Assembly (NCBI GenBank): GCA_963715865.1
Contig: OY970280.1
Span: 224,001-288,000, forward strand
Direction: 5' to 3'
From: Candidatus Bathyarchaeota archaeon
GTDB lineage: Archaea; Thermoproteota; Bathyarchaeia; Bathyarchaeales; Bathycorpusculaceae
DNA: 64,000 bases
Part shown: in pieces, positions 9,604 through 20,080 of the stretch
Layout of the letters: every line of letters starts with the position of its first letter
Position numbering within the stretch: position 1 is the stretch's first letter
Made by a program: the position numbers and the translations under genes
Notes under the pieces: generated by a model
The model's database searches: none
What the model was told of the DNA's origin: nothing
What the model saw: the letters and a program-made list of their open reading frames with translations, nothing else

Positions 9604-9756
9604 TCACTTTCGTTTCCTAAAGTATTGTGTGCCATCGGGGTCGCTGCTCACAAATTCAAAGCCCAATTCAATCAATGATAGTTTTTCTTCTTTTGTGGTG
9701 CTGCCATTAACTAGCAAACTTGGCAATCTACTCTTAACTCTATCAGCGTCAACCAT
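9604..9756 (-). CDS. Small protein (50 aa), not in the ORF track
   Basis: GGAGG SD precedes ATG. Sequence MVDADRVKSRLPSLLVNGSTTKEEKLSLIELGFEFVSSDPDGTQYFRKRK. Shares its N-terminus with the ORF at 11335. Confidence 0.7.
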   Translation of the reverse strand: MVDADRVKSRLPSLLVNGSTTKEEKLSLIELGFEFVSSDPDGTQYFRKRK

Positions 9757-9915
9757 GCTGGAAGCCTCCAAAAAAAGAGGAAAGGCGCGGAGCTGGTGGC
9801 ATCACCAACCCTTAGGAAACTAAGTCAAGCTAATCTGCCGTTTCTATGCTTTCTATAAAGTAAGAGGAAATAAAACAAGATTTGAAGCTAAATCCCCATT
9901 CGGAAAACTAAAATT

Positions 9916-10158
9916 TCATCTTCTGTGAAATAACAAAAAGCTGGGCTGAGAATCTCTGTATTCTTTGAAGTGCTTGTCAACAATAGCTTGTGCTTTTTGG
10001 GGTACTTTCAAATCTGGATTTTTGCTTGAAAGTTTATACCTTATTATTTTTGACTCATAATTGTAATCAGTTATTGCAAAGTCCACTTCAAGATTCTTGG
10101 CACTTAGTTTATTTGCAATCTCCTTTTTAGTGGTTCTCAAGTCAGAAGGTAAGGTCAA
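9916..10158 (-). CDS. Hypothetical protein or gene fragment
   Basis: 80-aa TTG-start ORF with no recognisable motif. Confidence 0.35.
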   Translation of the reverse strand: MTLPSDLRTTKKEIANKLSAKNLEVDFAITDYNYESKIIRYKLSSKNPDLKVPQKAQAIVDKHFKEYRDSQPSFLLFHRR

Positions 10159-10247
10159 AATCGCTTCTCCATCAATTCCATTTTATATGTTCTCTCTGAA
10201 TTTATTTACTTTGGGACGTGGGTGCCATTATCAAAAAGAAAGCGCGG

Positions 10248-11018
10248 TTAGACAGCCCAAACATTTGAACTAGTAAGCTGCCAGGTGATGATTAGTTCCA
10301 TCTCAGGGTTAGTATAAAATTCAATATGGGTTAAGCTATCGAGCATTCCTGTTTGCTTATCGAAATAGACACCCATAAAGTCGTCGCGCATCGTGTTGCC
10401 TGTTGGATCGTTAGTATCGACAAATTGGTTTTCTATTGACCAATAGTTTCTTACCCTGCTAGAAGTAGCAAATGTTTGAGTGTCTGTGCTGTTAACGATG
10501 AACCCATCAGTTCCCTTAGGGTGAAGCAGGTCATTTACATTTAGGTTTGAAGGATAAATAGCCCAAAATCCATTTGGATCAGCTTTCGCTCCATTTGATA
10601 TATCAATTATTTGCGGGCTGGTGACTTCCGTTCCATTATTGAATCGCCACAGTGTGTCAAGCGAGACTGTAGAGCCATTGATTCCTGTTATGGTAACTTG
10701 GTAGTAGTCTGTATTGTTATACTGCAAGAGCTCGTCTGGAGTCACAGCATCTGCACTACCTAAAACTGAGACACCTGTCAGTTTGTAAGTAAAAATGTCA
10801 CCAACATTGAGGTTGTCTCCCTGCAAAACTGTTCCGTTAGTTGGCGTGGGAGTTAGAGTTTGAAGTGGTGCACCTGACAATGGAGTTGGAGTAGGGGTTG
10901 AAACTCTATCGAAAAGACCACTATAGAAACCCGCTACTAAAGCTATTAGCATTATTACTATCACTGCAACAGCAATTCCAATATTTCTGTTCAAATGCAG
11001 ATTCTTTCGAGTTGTCAC
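10248..11018 (-). CDS. Membrane-anchored or secreted hypothetical protein
   Basis: N-terminal TM segment, PT-rich linker and an Asn/Thr-rich extracellular domain. Confidence 0.8.
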   Translation of the reverse strand: MTTRKNLHLNRNIGIAVAVIVIMLIALVAGFYSGLFDRVSTPTPTPLSGAPLQTLTPTPTNGTVLQGDNLNVGDIFTYKLTGVSVLGSADAVTPDELLQYNNTDYYQVTITGINGSTVSLDTLWRFNNGTEVTSPQIIDISNGAKADPNGFWAIYPSNLNVNDLLHPKGTDGFIVNSTDTQTFATSSRVRNYWSIENQFVDTNDPTGNTMRDDFMGVYFDKQTGMLDSLTHIEFYTNPEMELIITWQLTSSNVWAV

Positions 11019-11131
11019 TTATCCCGCTCTATGAAGGTACTTCTTTGTTTTGTCTATGGATTTAAAATTTTCTGGTGAGATGCATAGCTGTTAAATCCAC
11101 ACATTTTTTTAAAAAACTTTTCCAAAGGCGT

Positions 11132-11335
11132 TTAGGGATTAACGGCTTTTTCTAACTCAGATAAATCAGCTACAACCTTATTCGTTAAAGTGTTAAATTT
11201 CTCAGGATTCGGCTTCTTTAACTGCTCAAGCCGATAACGATAACGCATAAAGACTCTCCAGCCCTTCTTACTATTAGTGCTACCATCCAAGAGCAAAGAA
11301 GGTAGTTTACGCTTAACCCTATCAGCGTTAACCAC
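11132..11335 (-). CDS. Small protein (67 aa), N-terminal paralog of 9604-9756
   Basis: GGAGG SD then GTG; begins VVNADRVKRKLPSLLLDGST. Confidence 0.6.
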   Translation of the reverse strand: MVNADRVKRKLPSLLLDGSTNSKKGWRVFMRYRYRLEQLKKPNPEKFNTLTNKVVADLSELEKAVNP

Positions 11336-11584
11336 GCTAGAAGCCTCCGAAAAAAGAAAAAGGGAATTGTGCGCGGGTGATATCGCCACTACACAGTTCC
11401 AGACATACAGTCAACTCGTAATACGTAACCATAACTGCATGTTTATTTTACTTGCGCTTCCCAAAATCATTAATTTAAAAAATATAATCAAAACAACCAA
11501 GGGCTGGAAAATTTCCAAGCTTTCCAGTAAACGAACAAGAGAAGAAACTAAAGTTAAACTAATCGTAGCTCTTATAATTGCGAT

Positions 11585-11749
11585 TTATTCATATCTTGTT
11601 AGGAATAATGGTTTTTTTGCTGCTTTGCGCCTATCTTCTAGCGGCACATCTTTCAATGATACAAACTCAAGCTTTCCGCCTAAGCTTTCCCTTTTAGCCT
11701 TATCAAAATTCTTTTTGAAGACCCCGGATTTCTCATTTGGATAATCCAT
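11585..11749 (-). CDS. Small basic protein (54 aa), not in the ORF track
   Basis: Strong SD GGTGAGG; sequence MDYPNEKSGVFKKNFDKAKRESLGGKLEFVSLKDVPLEDRRKAAKKPLFLTRYE. Confidence 0.6.
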   Translation of the reverse strand: MDYPNEKSGVFKKNFDKAKRESLGGKLEFVSLKDVPLEDRRKAAKKPLFLTRYE

Positions 11750-11953
11750 TAACCCTCACCTTAAGTTAAGGTGACTCTCCATCATAGGATATATACACTT
11801 GTGACTGTCGCAACACTACAACAATAGTCTTTTTCATTTAAATGAAACAAGATAAAAACTGAATATTCTAATCCAGTTACAACTGGAGTAACAGCAAATT
11901 ATAGTTAAAAAGATGCCTTTTTTTAATTAAACAAAAAAATAAAATGGAAGGGT

Positions 11954-13258
11954 TTACGGTCCCTTTTTCGTGATTTCTTTCACGACGCCCGCAGCTACTG
12001 TTGTGCCCATGTCTCTGATTGCAAAGCGTCCGAGCTCTGGAAAGTCCTGATAAGTCTCTATGGCTATGGGGTGCAATGGCTCCATTTTCACCCAAGCTGC
12101 GTCGCCAGTTTTGAGAAAGCTAGGTTTCTCTTCGGTTACTTGGCCTGAGCGTGGGTCGATTTTCTTTACGAGTTCGGTGAATCTGCATGCGATTTGTCCT
12201 GTGTGATAGTGGAGTACTGGTGTGTATCCTGCTGCGATGGCGGTTGGGTGGTAAATCACTATGATTTGGCCGATGAATTCTTTAGCTACTGTTGGTGGAT
12301 TGTCAACTGATCCTGCTACGTCTCCTCGGTGGATGTCGGTTCTTGCGATGCCTCTTACGTTCATGCCGATGTTGTCGCCTGGTTCAGCTACTGGAATGTT
12401 GGTGTGGTGCATTTCTATTGATTTAACTTCGCCTGTTTTGTTGCTTGGCATGAAAATTATGTTTTGGCCTGCTTTGAGAGTACCTGTTTCGACTCTGCCG
12501 ACTGGAACTGTGCCGATGCCTGTGATGCTGTAAACGTCTTGAATTGGAACGCGTAAGGGCTTGTTAGTTGGTTTAGCTGGTACTTCTAATAGGTCTAGTG
12601 CCTCAATTAAGGAAGGACCATTGTACCATGGCATTTTATCGCTTTTCTTGATCAGGTTGTCGCCTGTCCAGCCTGAGACGGGTATAAAGTTGATTTTTTC
12701 GACTTTGAAACCCACCATTCGAAGCATTCTTGAAACTTCATTCTTTATTTCTTCGTATCTATCCTTGCTCCAGTTAACGGATATATCATCCATTTTGTTA
12801 ACTGCAACGATTAGTTGGCGAATACCTAAAGTGAATGCTAGAAACGCGTGCTCGCGTGTTTGACCACCCGGACCGATGCCTGCTTCAAACTCGCCTTTTT
12901 TAGCTGAACAGAAGAGCACGGCAGCATCGGCTTGACTTGCGCCTGTAATCATGTTTTTGACGAAGTCTCTGTGTCCCGGTGCGTCGATGACTGTGTAGTT
13001 GAATTTCCTGGTTTCGAATTTCAGGAATCGCAGGTCGATTGTGACTCCTCTTTCTCGTTCTTCCTTGAGGTTGTCGAGTACCCAAGCGTACTTGAATGTG
13101 CCTTTGCCCATTTTTTCGGCTTCTTCTTCAAAGGCTTTGATTGTTCTCTCGTCGATTGCGCCTGCTAAGTATAGAAGGTGCCCTGTGGTTGTTGATTTTC
13201 CGTGGTCAACGTGCCCCATGATTATGAGGTTTAAGTGGGGTTTTTCGCTTTTGCTCAT
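11954..13258 (-). CDS. tuf: Translation elongation factor aEF-1 alpha
   Basis: [29 protein letters not shown] and GRFAIRDMG motifs. Confidence 0.98.
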   Translation of the reverse strand: MSKSEKPHLNLIIMGHVDHGKSTTTGHLLYLAGAIDERTIKAFEEEAEKMGKGTFKYAWVLDNLKEERERGVTIDLRFLKFETRKFNYTVIDAPGHRDFVKNMITGASQADAAVLFCSAKKGEFEAGIGPGGQTREHAFLAFTLGIRQLIVAVNKMDDISVNWSKDRYEEIKNEVSRMLRMVGFKVEKINFIPVSGWTGDNLIKKSDKMPWYNGPSLIEALDLLEVPAKPTNKPLRVPIQDVYSITGIGTVPVGRVETGTLKAGQNIIFMPSNKTGEVKSIEMHHTNIPVAEPGDNIGMNVRGIARTDIHRGDVAGSVDNPPTVAKEFIGQIIVIYHPTAIAAGYTPVLHYHTGQIACRFTELVKKIDPRSGQVTEEKPSFLKTGDAAWVKMEPLHPIAIETYQDFPELGRFAIRDMGTTVAAGVVKEITKKGP

Positions 13259-13471
13259 TTTTTCATCCTCTATTAATCTTACCTAATTTATGAATTCGTT
13301 AACACATCAGTCCTTCCAATTATTTTAAGTTTATGATGTTGCTTCCGCTTGTAATATGACTGAAAAACCCAAGGACCCATGAAAAGTCAGAACACTAATG
13401 TTCAAATCAAATTTTAGGCTAATTTTTGCAGGCAATATAACTTATAACTTCTGAGACGACTATGGCTACTC

Positions 13472-14131
13472 ATGAGTGTCGGCAACGAAATGGGTCAGGG
13501 CATATCCGTAGTAACAACGACTTGGAATGAAAGAGAAAACATTAAGGAATTGATTCTTAAAGTTAGGTCAGCCCTTCGAGATTTCCCGCATGAAATCGTT
13601 GTTGTTGACGATAGCTCTTCGGATGGAACCCTTGATGTTGCTAAGTGCTTTGCAGATTTGGCGGTTGCAAAAGTTCGAGAAGGGCAAACTAAAGGCTTAT
13701 TGTATGGAATGAAACTAACCAAGTTTCCCGTAATAGTAACAATAGATGCCGACTTGGAAAACAATCCTGACTGCATACCTACCCTTATCACAAAACTCAG
13801 CGAATTCGATTTAGTGGTGGCATCGCGAACGGTTCTTCCCAGAATTTCAGAGAGGCTGGCTTCCAAAACGTTAGGTAAAATGTTCGGGGTCTCGGATTTT
13901 TTCTCAAATTTTAGGGTTTACAAGAAAGAAACAATAGCCCATTATTTGAGAGGCGGAGAAACCTTTGGCGGTGAATTATTGGTTATTGCTAAAAAGAATG
14001 GTTTCAAGATTGGCGAAGTAATGTATGAACCGCCGCTTAGGCGCAGCAACCCCCGGATTGGCGGCAAAATTAGAGCTAACTTGAGGATAATCGTTGCTTT
14101 GTTGAAGTGCTTTATTATTTATTTAGCTTAA
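13472..14131 (+). CDS. GT2 glycosyltransferase (Dol-P-Man synthase-like)
   Basis: TWNERENI, VVVDDSSSDGT and DAD motifs. Confidence 0.85.
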   Translation: MSVGNEMGQGISVVTTTWNERENIKELILKVRSALRDFPHEIVVVDDSSSDGTLDVAKCFADLAVAKVREGQTKGLLYGMKLTKFPVIVTIDADLENNPDCIPTLITKLSEFDLVVASRTVLPRISERLASKTLGKMFGVSDFFSNFRVYKKETIAHYLRGGETFGGELLVIAKKNGFKIGEVMYEPPLRRSNPRIGGKIRANLRIIVALLKCFIIYLA

Positions 14132-14226
14132 GGCTTTTAGGCGCCTTAATGGTGACTTGCTTGGTTTTCAGGCTTTTAAGGTTAAGATTATTAGTTGGAG
14201 TTCTTTAATTTTTTAGGGTATAAATT

Positions 14227-16740
14227 GTGGCTAATTTTGAGTTATCCTTGAATGGTTCATGGAAGTTCAATGGTTTTGCCGAATGCAACGGTGAAGAATT
14301 AGGAGCCTATAAACTCGAATACGATGATGACGGTTGGCTTCCAGCGAAGGTTCCTGGAACCGTTCACTTAGACTTATTGGCTAACAATGTTATTCCTGAC
14401 CCGTTCAAGGGCTTAAGCGAGGAAAAGGTTCAATGGGTAACTGAAAATGAGTGGTGGTATCGCAGAGAATTTGACCTCCTGCAGGATTTTTTGGGCAGGC
14501 ATGCGGTTGAGCTTGTTTTTGACGGTTTAGACACTTTTGCCACTGTCTGGGTGAACGACGTAAAAGTCGGCGAAGCAGATAACATGTTTACGCCTTGGCG
14601 ATTCAACATTAACAAAGCAGTAAAAGTAGGTAAGAATGTTATCGCAGTTTGCTTCAAACCCATATACAAAGTTGCCCTTGAATTAGAACGCAAATACGGC
14701 GGCAAGTATGGCTATTTGCATGCTGAGAACTTTTCAGCCAGACCATACGTGCGCAAAGCTCAATATTCTTTCGGCTGGGATTTGGGGCCAACCTTGCCAA
14801 CGGCTGGAATATGGCGGAACTCAAGAGTAATTGCTTATGACAAGGCAAAGTTGGGTTATCTAGCAGCTTTACCCTTGCAAGTTTCAGAGGACAAAGCAAA
14901 AATCAAAACCACCGCCGAAGTTTATGCCGCAGAACCTTGTTGCGTCAAGGCTAAGTTCGTTATGGAAGGGTTTGGGCAGAGAATTGAAAAACAAATAAGC
15001 AAGCAAATCGCATCGGGACAAAGTTGTCTTGAAAGCGAGTTTGAAATTGCTAAGCCGCGTCTTTGGTGGCCCAGAGGTTATGGTGCGCAGAATCTTTATG
15101 ATGTTTCAGTGGAGCTTTGTTGTGACGAGGTATTTTTAGAAAAGGCAGCGGTTAAATGTGGAATTAGAAGTGTAAAGCTTCTGCAGGAGCCTGATGACGA
15201 AGGCAAATGCTTCATTTTCGCAATCAATGGTTTGCCGGTTTTTTGTAAGGGTGCCAACTGGGTGCCTGCTGACTCCTTCCTACCCAGAGTTACTGCAGAC
15301 CGCTATGAGAAACTTCTAGATATGGCAGCGGAAGCGAACTTTAATATGCTTAGGGTTTGGGGTGGCGGAATCTATGAAGATGATGCTTTTTACGATTTTT
15401 GTGATAAGCTTGGGATAATGGTTTGGCAAGATTTCATGTACGCAAGCTCTGCTTACCCAGAAGACGACTGGTTCCTTAAGGAAGCGGAAAGAGAAGCGGA
15501 TGAGGTTGTGCGGCGTTTGCGAGGGCATGCTTGTATAGTTGTTTGGTGCGGCAATAACGAGGTCCAATGGCAATACAAGGCTTTGTGGAAAGATATGTCT
15601 CGACTTTTTGGGTTGCAAATATTTGATGATATACTGCCGAGCGTTCTAGGCAGATTTGATGGTACACGTCCTTACCGGCCAAGCACCCCATATGATAGTG
15701 ACGAACCCAACAATGAACGTGAAGGCAGTAGGCATAACTGGACCGTTTGGAGTAAACGAGTGGATTACCCAGCGTATCTTGAGGATAAGGGGCGTTTTTT
15801 GGCAGAGTTCGGCTGGCAAGCTCCTCCAGCACTTGACCTCTTAAGAGAATATTTTGATGACGCTGACTTGAATCTTGGTTCGCCAGCGTTTAAGGCTCAT
15901 GAGAAGCAGGTTGATGGCTTAAAAATACTACGTACATTACTATCCTTGCACCACCCTGTGCCTGAAGATTTCAAGCGGTTTACGCTTTATGCGCAGTTGA
16001 ATCAGGGTGAAGCATTAAAGACAGCGGTAACTCATTGGAGAAGCCGCATGTTCAAAACCAGCGGATGCCTAATATGGCAACTCAATGATTGCTGGCCAGT
16101 CATAAGTTGGAGCCTAGTTGACTATGGCTTGAACGCGAAGGCAGCGTACTTTTTTGTCAAGCGTGCCTTTCAACCGATCATTGCACCCTTAATCATCAAG
16201 GAAGGCAAAGCACACGTTTATGTTGTTAATGAGACAGAAGATTCTTTGGAGTCAACGCTTAAGTTCCAAGTAATGACCTTTAACGGTGAAGTATTATACA
16301 GCCAACATGCAAAAACGGTCACACCAGCTTACACCTCGAAGCTAGTTCTAGAAAACGCTTTAGAAACGCTGCCGTTGAAAGACAACTGCATTTTCGCGGT
16401 AATCCTTGAAGGTGAAGGCACCTTACTGTATGAAGATGCCAAAACGATTCAAGAGCCTAAAAACATGAAACTCCCAACCCCACAAGTAAAAATCGAAACA
16501 AAAAAGTTGGACGCAGCCAACTTTGAGATTATGCTGGAATCAAACGTTTACGCCAAAGCAGTTTTTCTGAAACTGGAAGAAATCAAAGGCGAATTTAACG
16601 ACAACTTTTTTGACTTGATACCACAGAGACCAAGAATTATCAAGTGCCTGCTGGAAAGAGACGTAAGCCAGCAAGAGTTTGAAAAGGCATTGTTGCTTGA
16701 GGTTTATCCTTATGAAAAAGAGCTAACCCCCTCTCCATAA
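14227..16740 (+). CDS. GH2 beta-mannosidase-like glycoside hydrolase
   Basis: RKAQYSFGWD, GANWVP, MLRVWGGG, WCGNNE and AEFG motifs. Confidence 0.92.
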   Translation: MANFELSLNGSWKFNGFAECNGEELGAYKLEYDDDGWLPAKVPGTVHLDLLANNVIPDPFKGLSEEKVQWVTENEWWYRREFDLLQDFLGRHAVELVFDGLDTFATVWVNDVKVGEADNMFTPWRFNINKAVKVGKNVIAVCFKPIYKVALELERKYGGKYGYLHAENFSARPYVRKAQYSFGWDLGPTLPTAGIWRNSRVIAYDKAKLGYLAALPLQVSEDKAKIKTTAEVYAAEPCCVKAKFVMEGFGQRIEKQISKQIASGQSCLESEFEIAKPRLWWPRGYGAQNLYDVSVELCCDEVFLEKAAVKCGIRSVKLLQEPDDEGKCFIFAINGLPVFCKGANWVPADSFLPRVTADRYEKLLDMAAEANFNMLRVWGGGIYEDDAFYDFCDKLGIMVWQDFMYASSAYPEDDWFLKEAEREADEVVRRLRGHACIVVWCGNNEVQWQYKALWKDMSRLFGLQIFDDILPSVLGRFDGTRPYRPSTPYDSDEPNNEREGSRHNWTVWSKRVDYPAYLEDKGRFLAEFGWQAPPALDLLREYFDDADLNLGSPAFKAHEKQVDGLKILRTLLSLHHPVPEDFKRFTLYAQLNQGEALKTAVTHWRSRMFKTSGCLIWQLNDCWPVISWSLVDYGLNAKAAYFFVKRAFQPIIAPLIIKEGKAHVYVVNETEDSLESTLKFQVMTFNGEVLYSQHAKTVTPAYTSKLVLENALETLPLKDNCIFAVILEGEGTLLYEDAKTIQEPKNMKLPTPQVKIETKKLDAANFEIMLESNVYAKAVFLKLEEIKGEFNDNFFDLIPQRPRIIKCLLERDVSQQEFEKALLLEVYPYEKELTPSP

Positions 16741-17032
16741 ATTTAATCTGTCATTACTGGCGCTTTTATAATCATTCCGCTTGCTATGCTACTTTTGATT
16801 AAAGATTTAGCGCTTATCCACTCGGCAAGCGGAAAGCACGATTGACGATTTTAAAATTTACATAACTGCTTTGGAAGGTTCTTACAAAAATGTTGATGGC
16901 GATTTTGACAAAGCGGTTGCTCAGCCTGCAGAAAAAGAAGCTGAAGCCAAAGATAAAGAGGAAGAAGAAAGATCCAAAGCTATAGAGGAATACAGCAAAA
17001 AAGTTAGACCCAGATTCTACGAGTAAAAAAGC

Positions 17033-17419
17033 TTATTTTCGCTCAATCAACTCAATAAGGGTTCCATCTGGATCCTCAATAAAAGCAATCGTTGTACCTG
17101 TTGCAAGCTTGAAAGGTTCATCAGTAATCGTTACATTTTCCTTCCGCAAAGCAGCAATAGTCATTTTCATGTCTGCAACTTCAAACCCTAAATGGTCAAA
17201 CAGGCGCTCTTCATACTCAGGCTGAGTGAATTTCTTTTGGTTACGGTAGAAGGTTAATTCAAGCGTGCAGCCCTTGCCCTGTGGGTCTTGAAGGAAAGCG
17301 ATTTCAGCGTTGTTCTGCTTGATTTCTCGGCGACTCAAAAGGTTTAGGCCTAGAAGTCTGGTGTAAAAGTCAATAGATTTCTCCATGTTGCTTGTGCGAA
17401 TGCTCGCATGAACAAACAT
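17033..17419 (-). CDS. gloA: VOC-family protein, lactoylglutathione lyase-like
   Basis: HASIR, LELT, DHLGF and FIEDPDG..IELIE motifs. Confidence 0.8.
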   Translation of the reverse strand: MFVHASIRTSNMEKSIDFYTRLLGLNLLSRREIKQNNAEIAFLQDPQGKGCTLELTFYRNQKKFTQPEYEERLFDHLGFEVADMKMTIAALRKENVTITDEPFKLATGTTIAFIEDPDGTLIELIERK

Positions 17420-17539
17420 AATGTGTCACTCTAAAAGTTCATTGTGGGGGTTTGTTATAATTCTTTAGCTACAAGCGTCTTCTTGATCGGAACACAGCCA
17501 AAGATTAGAAGAGAGATAGCTTAGTCAAGCGGTTATGCC

Positions 17540-18859
17540 TTAAACCATTTGCTCTTCATTTTCCTGTTTCTTCTTTTTCCTCTTAATCACTAGTGGCTCT
17601 GGTAGCTGAGTACTTTCGGCTTTAGGCTCTTTTTGCTCGTTATCGATTGCTAGGTCTTGCATAGGAAGTTTTTCTTGAATAATACAATCCACTCCCGTGC
17701 AAATTCCAACATATGTATCGTTAATTTGGGATTGCAGTTTCCTTCTTTCCTTCCATAGGCGTGTGTGTGCTTTTTCCTCGCTATCCTGAAGATCAGCCGC
17801 TTTCTGGTAGATGTCGCGCAATTTTTCTACAGTGGAAGCGAATTCTGGGCTTCTTATATAATCGTATAATTTTGATTCTTTGTTTTCCCTGTCCTTTCTG
17901 CTTTCCGATTGCTTACAAATTTCAATAATGGCTCTTCTTATCTGTCTGGCAACATCAACCACTATACATGGGTGGCATAGTAAAATCCCTTCCTTTTCAC
18001 CGAATAAGCCGTTCTTTACATATTTCTTAGGCAGGTTCTTTGAAACTATAATAACATAATCGGTGCCGTGAACATCTTTGTACTTCTTGGCTTTTTCTAC
18101 ATCTTTAGCAGTTACACTTTGGGCTTGTTTGTTATCATAAACGATTGGAGTCTCCAACGATGCATAGGTTGTCCTAATTATCTGTACAATGTCGCCCATG
18201 GCTGTACCTCTTTTCTGCCTAGTGAAGAAGTCTTGGTCAAAGGCCTGTGTAAGGCGAGCGTATAGGTCTATTTCTCCAATTTCACCCATTGCCTCCGATT
18301 GGCTTTGCTGCAATTGCCTCCTAAGCTCGTCCGCATCTCGCTTGAATCGCTCAATTTGGAGTTCCTTTTCTTTTATCTCGTTTCCTAATCGGGTCATTTC
18401 AACTTCAGCGTTAGCCTTGCCCTTGTTAAAAGCAATCTTTTCCAGACGAGTTTGTTCTTTTCTTAAAGCAACTAGCTGTTTTTCCTTATCCTGAAGCTCT
18501 TTTTTGCTATCAGCCTTCAGTTTTTTTCCGAGCGCTGCAAAAGTCCTTTGGTTATCTTTACCAAGCTTGTCATAAGTCTTTTTGAGTGCAGCAAGTTGTT
18601 GCTTGTAACTGCCCTCCATTTCTGTTTTGAGCGTCTTGTTTTGTTCAAGGAAGGAACTTTTCAAGCCAGCGATTTCTTCTTTATGCGACTTGTTTATTTG
18701 CCCAAGTTTTTCTTCAAATTCTAGCTTAGCCTTCTTGTTCTGTTCACCGTATGTTTCTGAAACCTTCTTTTTTAGCTCCTCAATTGCTTGGTAATAATCG
18801 TCACTTTCAAGAGAAGAATGACAAAGAGGACATTTAAACTCTGGAAGATCATTTTTCAA
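17540..18859 (-). CDS. DUF2130-like coiled-coil protein with a nuclease-like C-terminal domain
   Basis: CPLC, a long coiled coil, and GEIGE..L...L..AF..D and GDIVQ..IVYDNK motifs. Confidence 0.7.
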   Translation of the reverse strand: MKNDLPEFKCPLCHSSLESDDYYQAIEELKKKVSETYGEQNKKAKLEFEEKLGQINKSHKEEIAGLKSSFLEQNKTLKTEMEGSYKQQLAALKKTYDKLGKDNQRTFAALGKKLKADSKKELQDKEKQLVALRKEQTRLEKIAFNKGKANAEVEMTRLGNEIKEKELQIERFKRDADELRRQLQQSQSEAMGEIGEIDLYARLTQAFDQDFFTRQKRGTAMGDIVQIIRTTYASLETPIVYDNKQAQSVTAKDVEKAKKYKDVHGTDYVIIVSKNLPKKYVKNGLFGEKEGILLCHPCIVVDVARQIRRAIIEICKQSESRKDRENKESKLYDYIRSPEFASTVEKLRDIYQKAADLQDSEEKAHTRLWKERRKLQSQINDTYVGICTGVDCIIQEKLPMQDLAIDNEQKEPKAESTQLPEPLVIKRKKKKQENEEQMV

Positions 18860-18957
18860 ACCTTAAATCCCCTATAGACTGCAATAATAGGCGATAAGCT
18901 GGAATTATATCGAACTTAACTTAAGCTTTATGAAGCGAACGTATAGCAATTTCTTCA

Positions 18958-19383
18958 CTAAGTAAAAGCTCTGGATTCTTCATCTAAAGTCTTATTCACA
19001 AGCGCGTCTGCCTGCTGAATATACGGATTAGTTCTTGGGGCATTAACAAAACTTATAGTTTTAAAGCGGGCTCTCAACTCTTGCGCTCTTAGCCAAAGCT
19101 TTTGCAACTCAAAATTTTTGACAGCATATTCCCCGTTAAGCTGTTTTGCGACTAATTCGCTGTCAAGGTGGCAAACGACTTCTTCAACTTTAACCGCTAT
19201 GGCAAACTCCAATGCCGCTATCAACGCGTTGTATTCTGACTGGTTATTAGTGTGTATTCCTATGAAGCGTGAATCCGCTTTTACGACTTCGCCTTTTTCT
19301 GTTAATGCCAAATAAGCTATGGCTGCTGGTCCAGGATTTCCTCTTGCTCCACCATCAGAATAAAGCAGTAGTCGCTTGTACAT
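18958..19383 (-). CDS. rnhA: Ribonuclease HI family protein
   Basis: SDGGARGNPG, TNNQSEY, DSELV and ADAL motifs. Confidence 0.92.
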   Translation of the reverse strand: MYKRLLLYSDGGARGNPGPAAIAYLALTEKGEVVKADSRFIGIHTNNQSEYNALIAALEFAIAVKVEEVVCHLDSELVAKQLNGEYAVKNFELQKLWLRAQELRARFKTISFVNAPRTNPYIQQADALVNKTLDEESRAFT

Positions 19384-19539
19384 TGTGTTCTTCGCTTCTT
19401 ATCCATGTAAGCCGTGTTTTATTATTTAAAGCGTTAAGAAGGCAATCGCAAATTTGACTGATTGTTATTGCTGATGTACAATCACATTCGTTTATGAGCT
19501 AAAGAAGCCTTAAATAAAATTAAACATGGGGAAAGTAAC

Positions 19540-19887
19540 TTGACAAGCAGTTTACTGGGAGCAACAAAATTAAATTCGCAAGAACTTCAGTTTGCTCTCT
19601 TAAAACATGACAGGGAATGGAATATTGCTAAAGGCTCTAGAAGAGGAAAATTGGATATTACAGCTGAGATTTTGCTTTTCTGCGAGCAACAAAAAACCAA
19701 AACCAGCATAATGTACAATGCAAACCTAAATTATTCCCAACTCAAAAGCCACATCAACGCTTTAACTTCTCAGGGTTTACTTGAGAAAAAACTGAACAAG
19801 TACGTTACAACCGAAAGAGGTTACCGTTTTCTTGAAATATTCGCTCAACTCAATGATTTACTAGATGAATTTACTAACCTCAAGTGA
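19540..19887 (+). CDS. Winged-helix DNA-binding protein (archaeal HTH_45-like)
   Basis: RRGKLDI..EIL...KTSIMYNANLNY..L...L...GLL...Y..TERG pattern. Confidence 0.8.
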   Translation: MTSSLLGATKLNSQELQFALLKHDREWNIAKGSRRGKLDITAEILLFCEQQKTKTSIMYNANLNYSQLKSHINALTSQGLLEKKLNKYVTTERGYRFLEIFAQLNDLLDEFTNLK

Positions 19888-19943
19888 GTTTCCGATTTTC
19901 CCAAGCAGCCTTCAATTCAGCAACAAAGCCTGCTTCATCTTCT

Positions 19944-20080
19944 GCCAAGCGTCATCAAATACGCAGGATTAGAATACATCACGGCTTTAGCGAAAACCGC
20001 CACACAAATCGCTCCTGTGCCGTTATCGATACATCTTGACCATGGAGAAGATTTCGATACAGCCGCGAAATGCGTTAATG
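19944..20080 (+). repeat. 137-bp direct repeat; internal fba fragment (second copy at 30274-30410)
   Basis: GCCAAGCGTCATCAAATAC...TGCGTTAATG matches the fba gene with 5 mismatches by manual alignment. Confidence 0.95.

Noticed and set aside
11277-11744. 155-aa + strand ORF
   Set aside because: It is the shadow of minus-strand small ORFs that have clear SD sequences.
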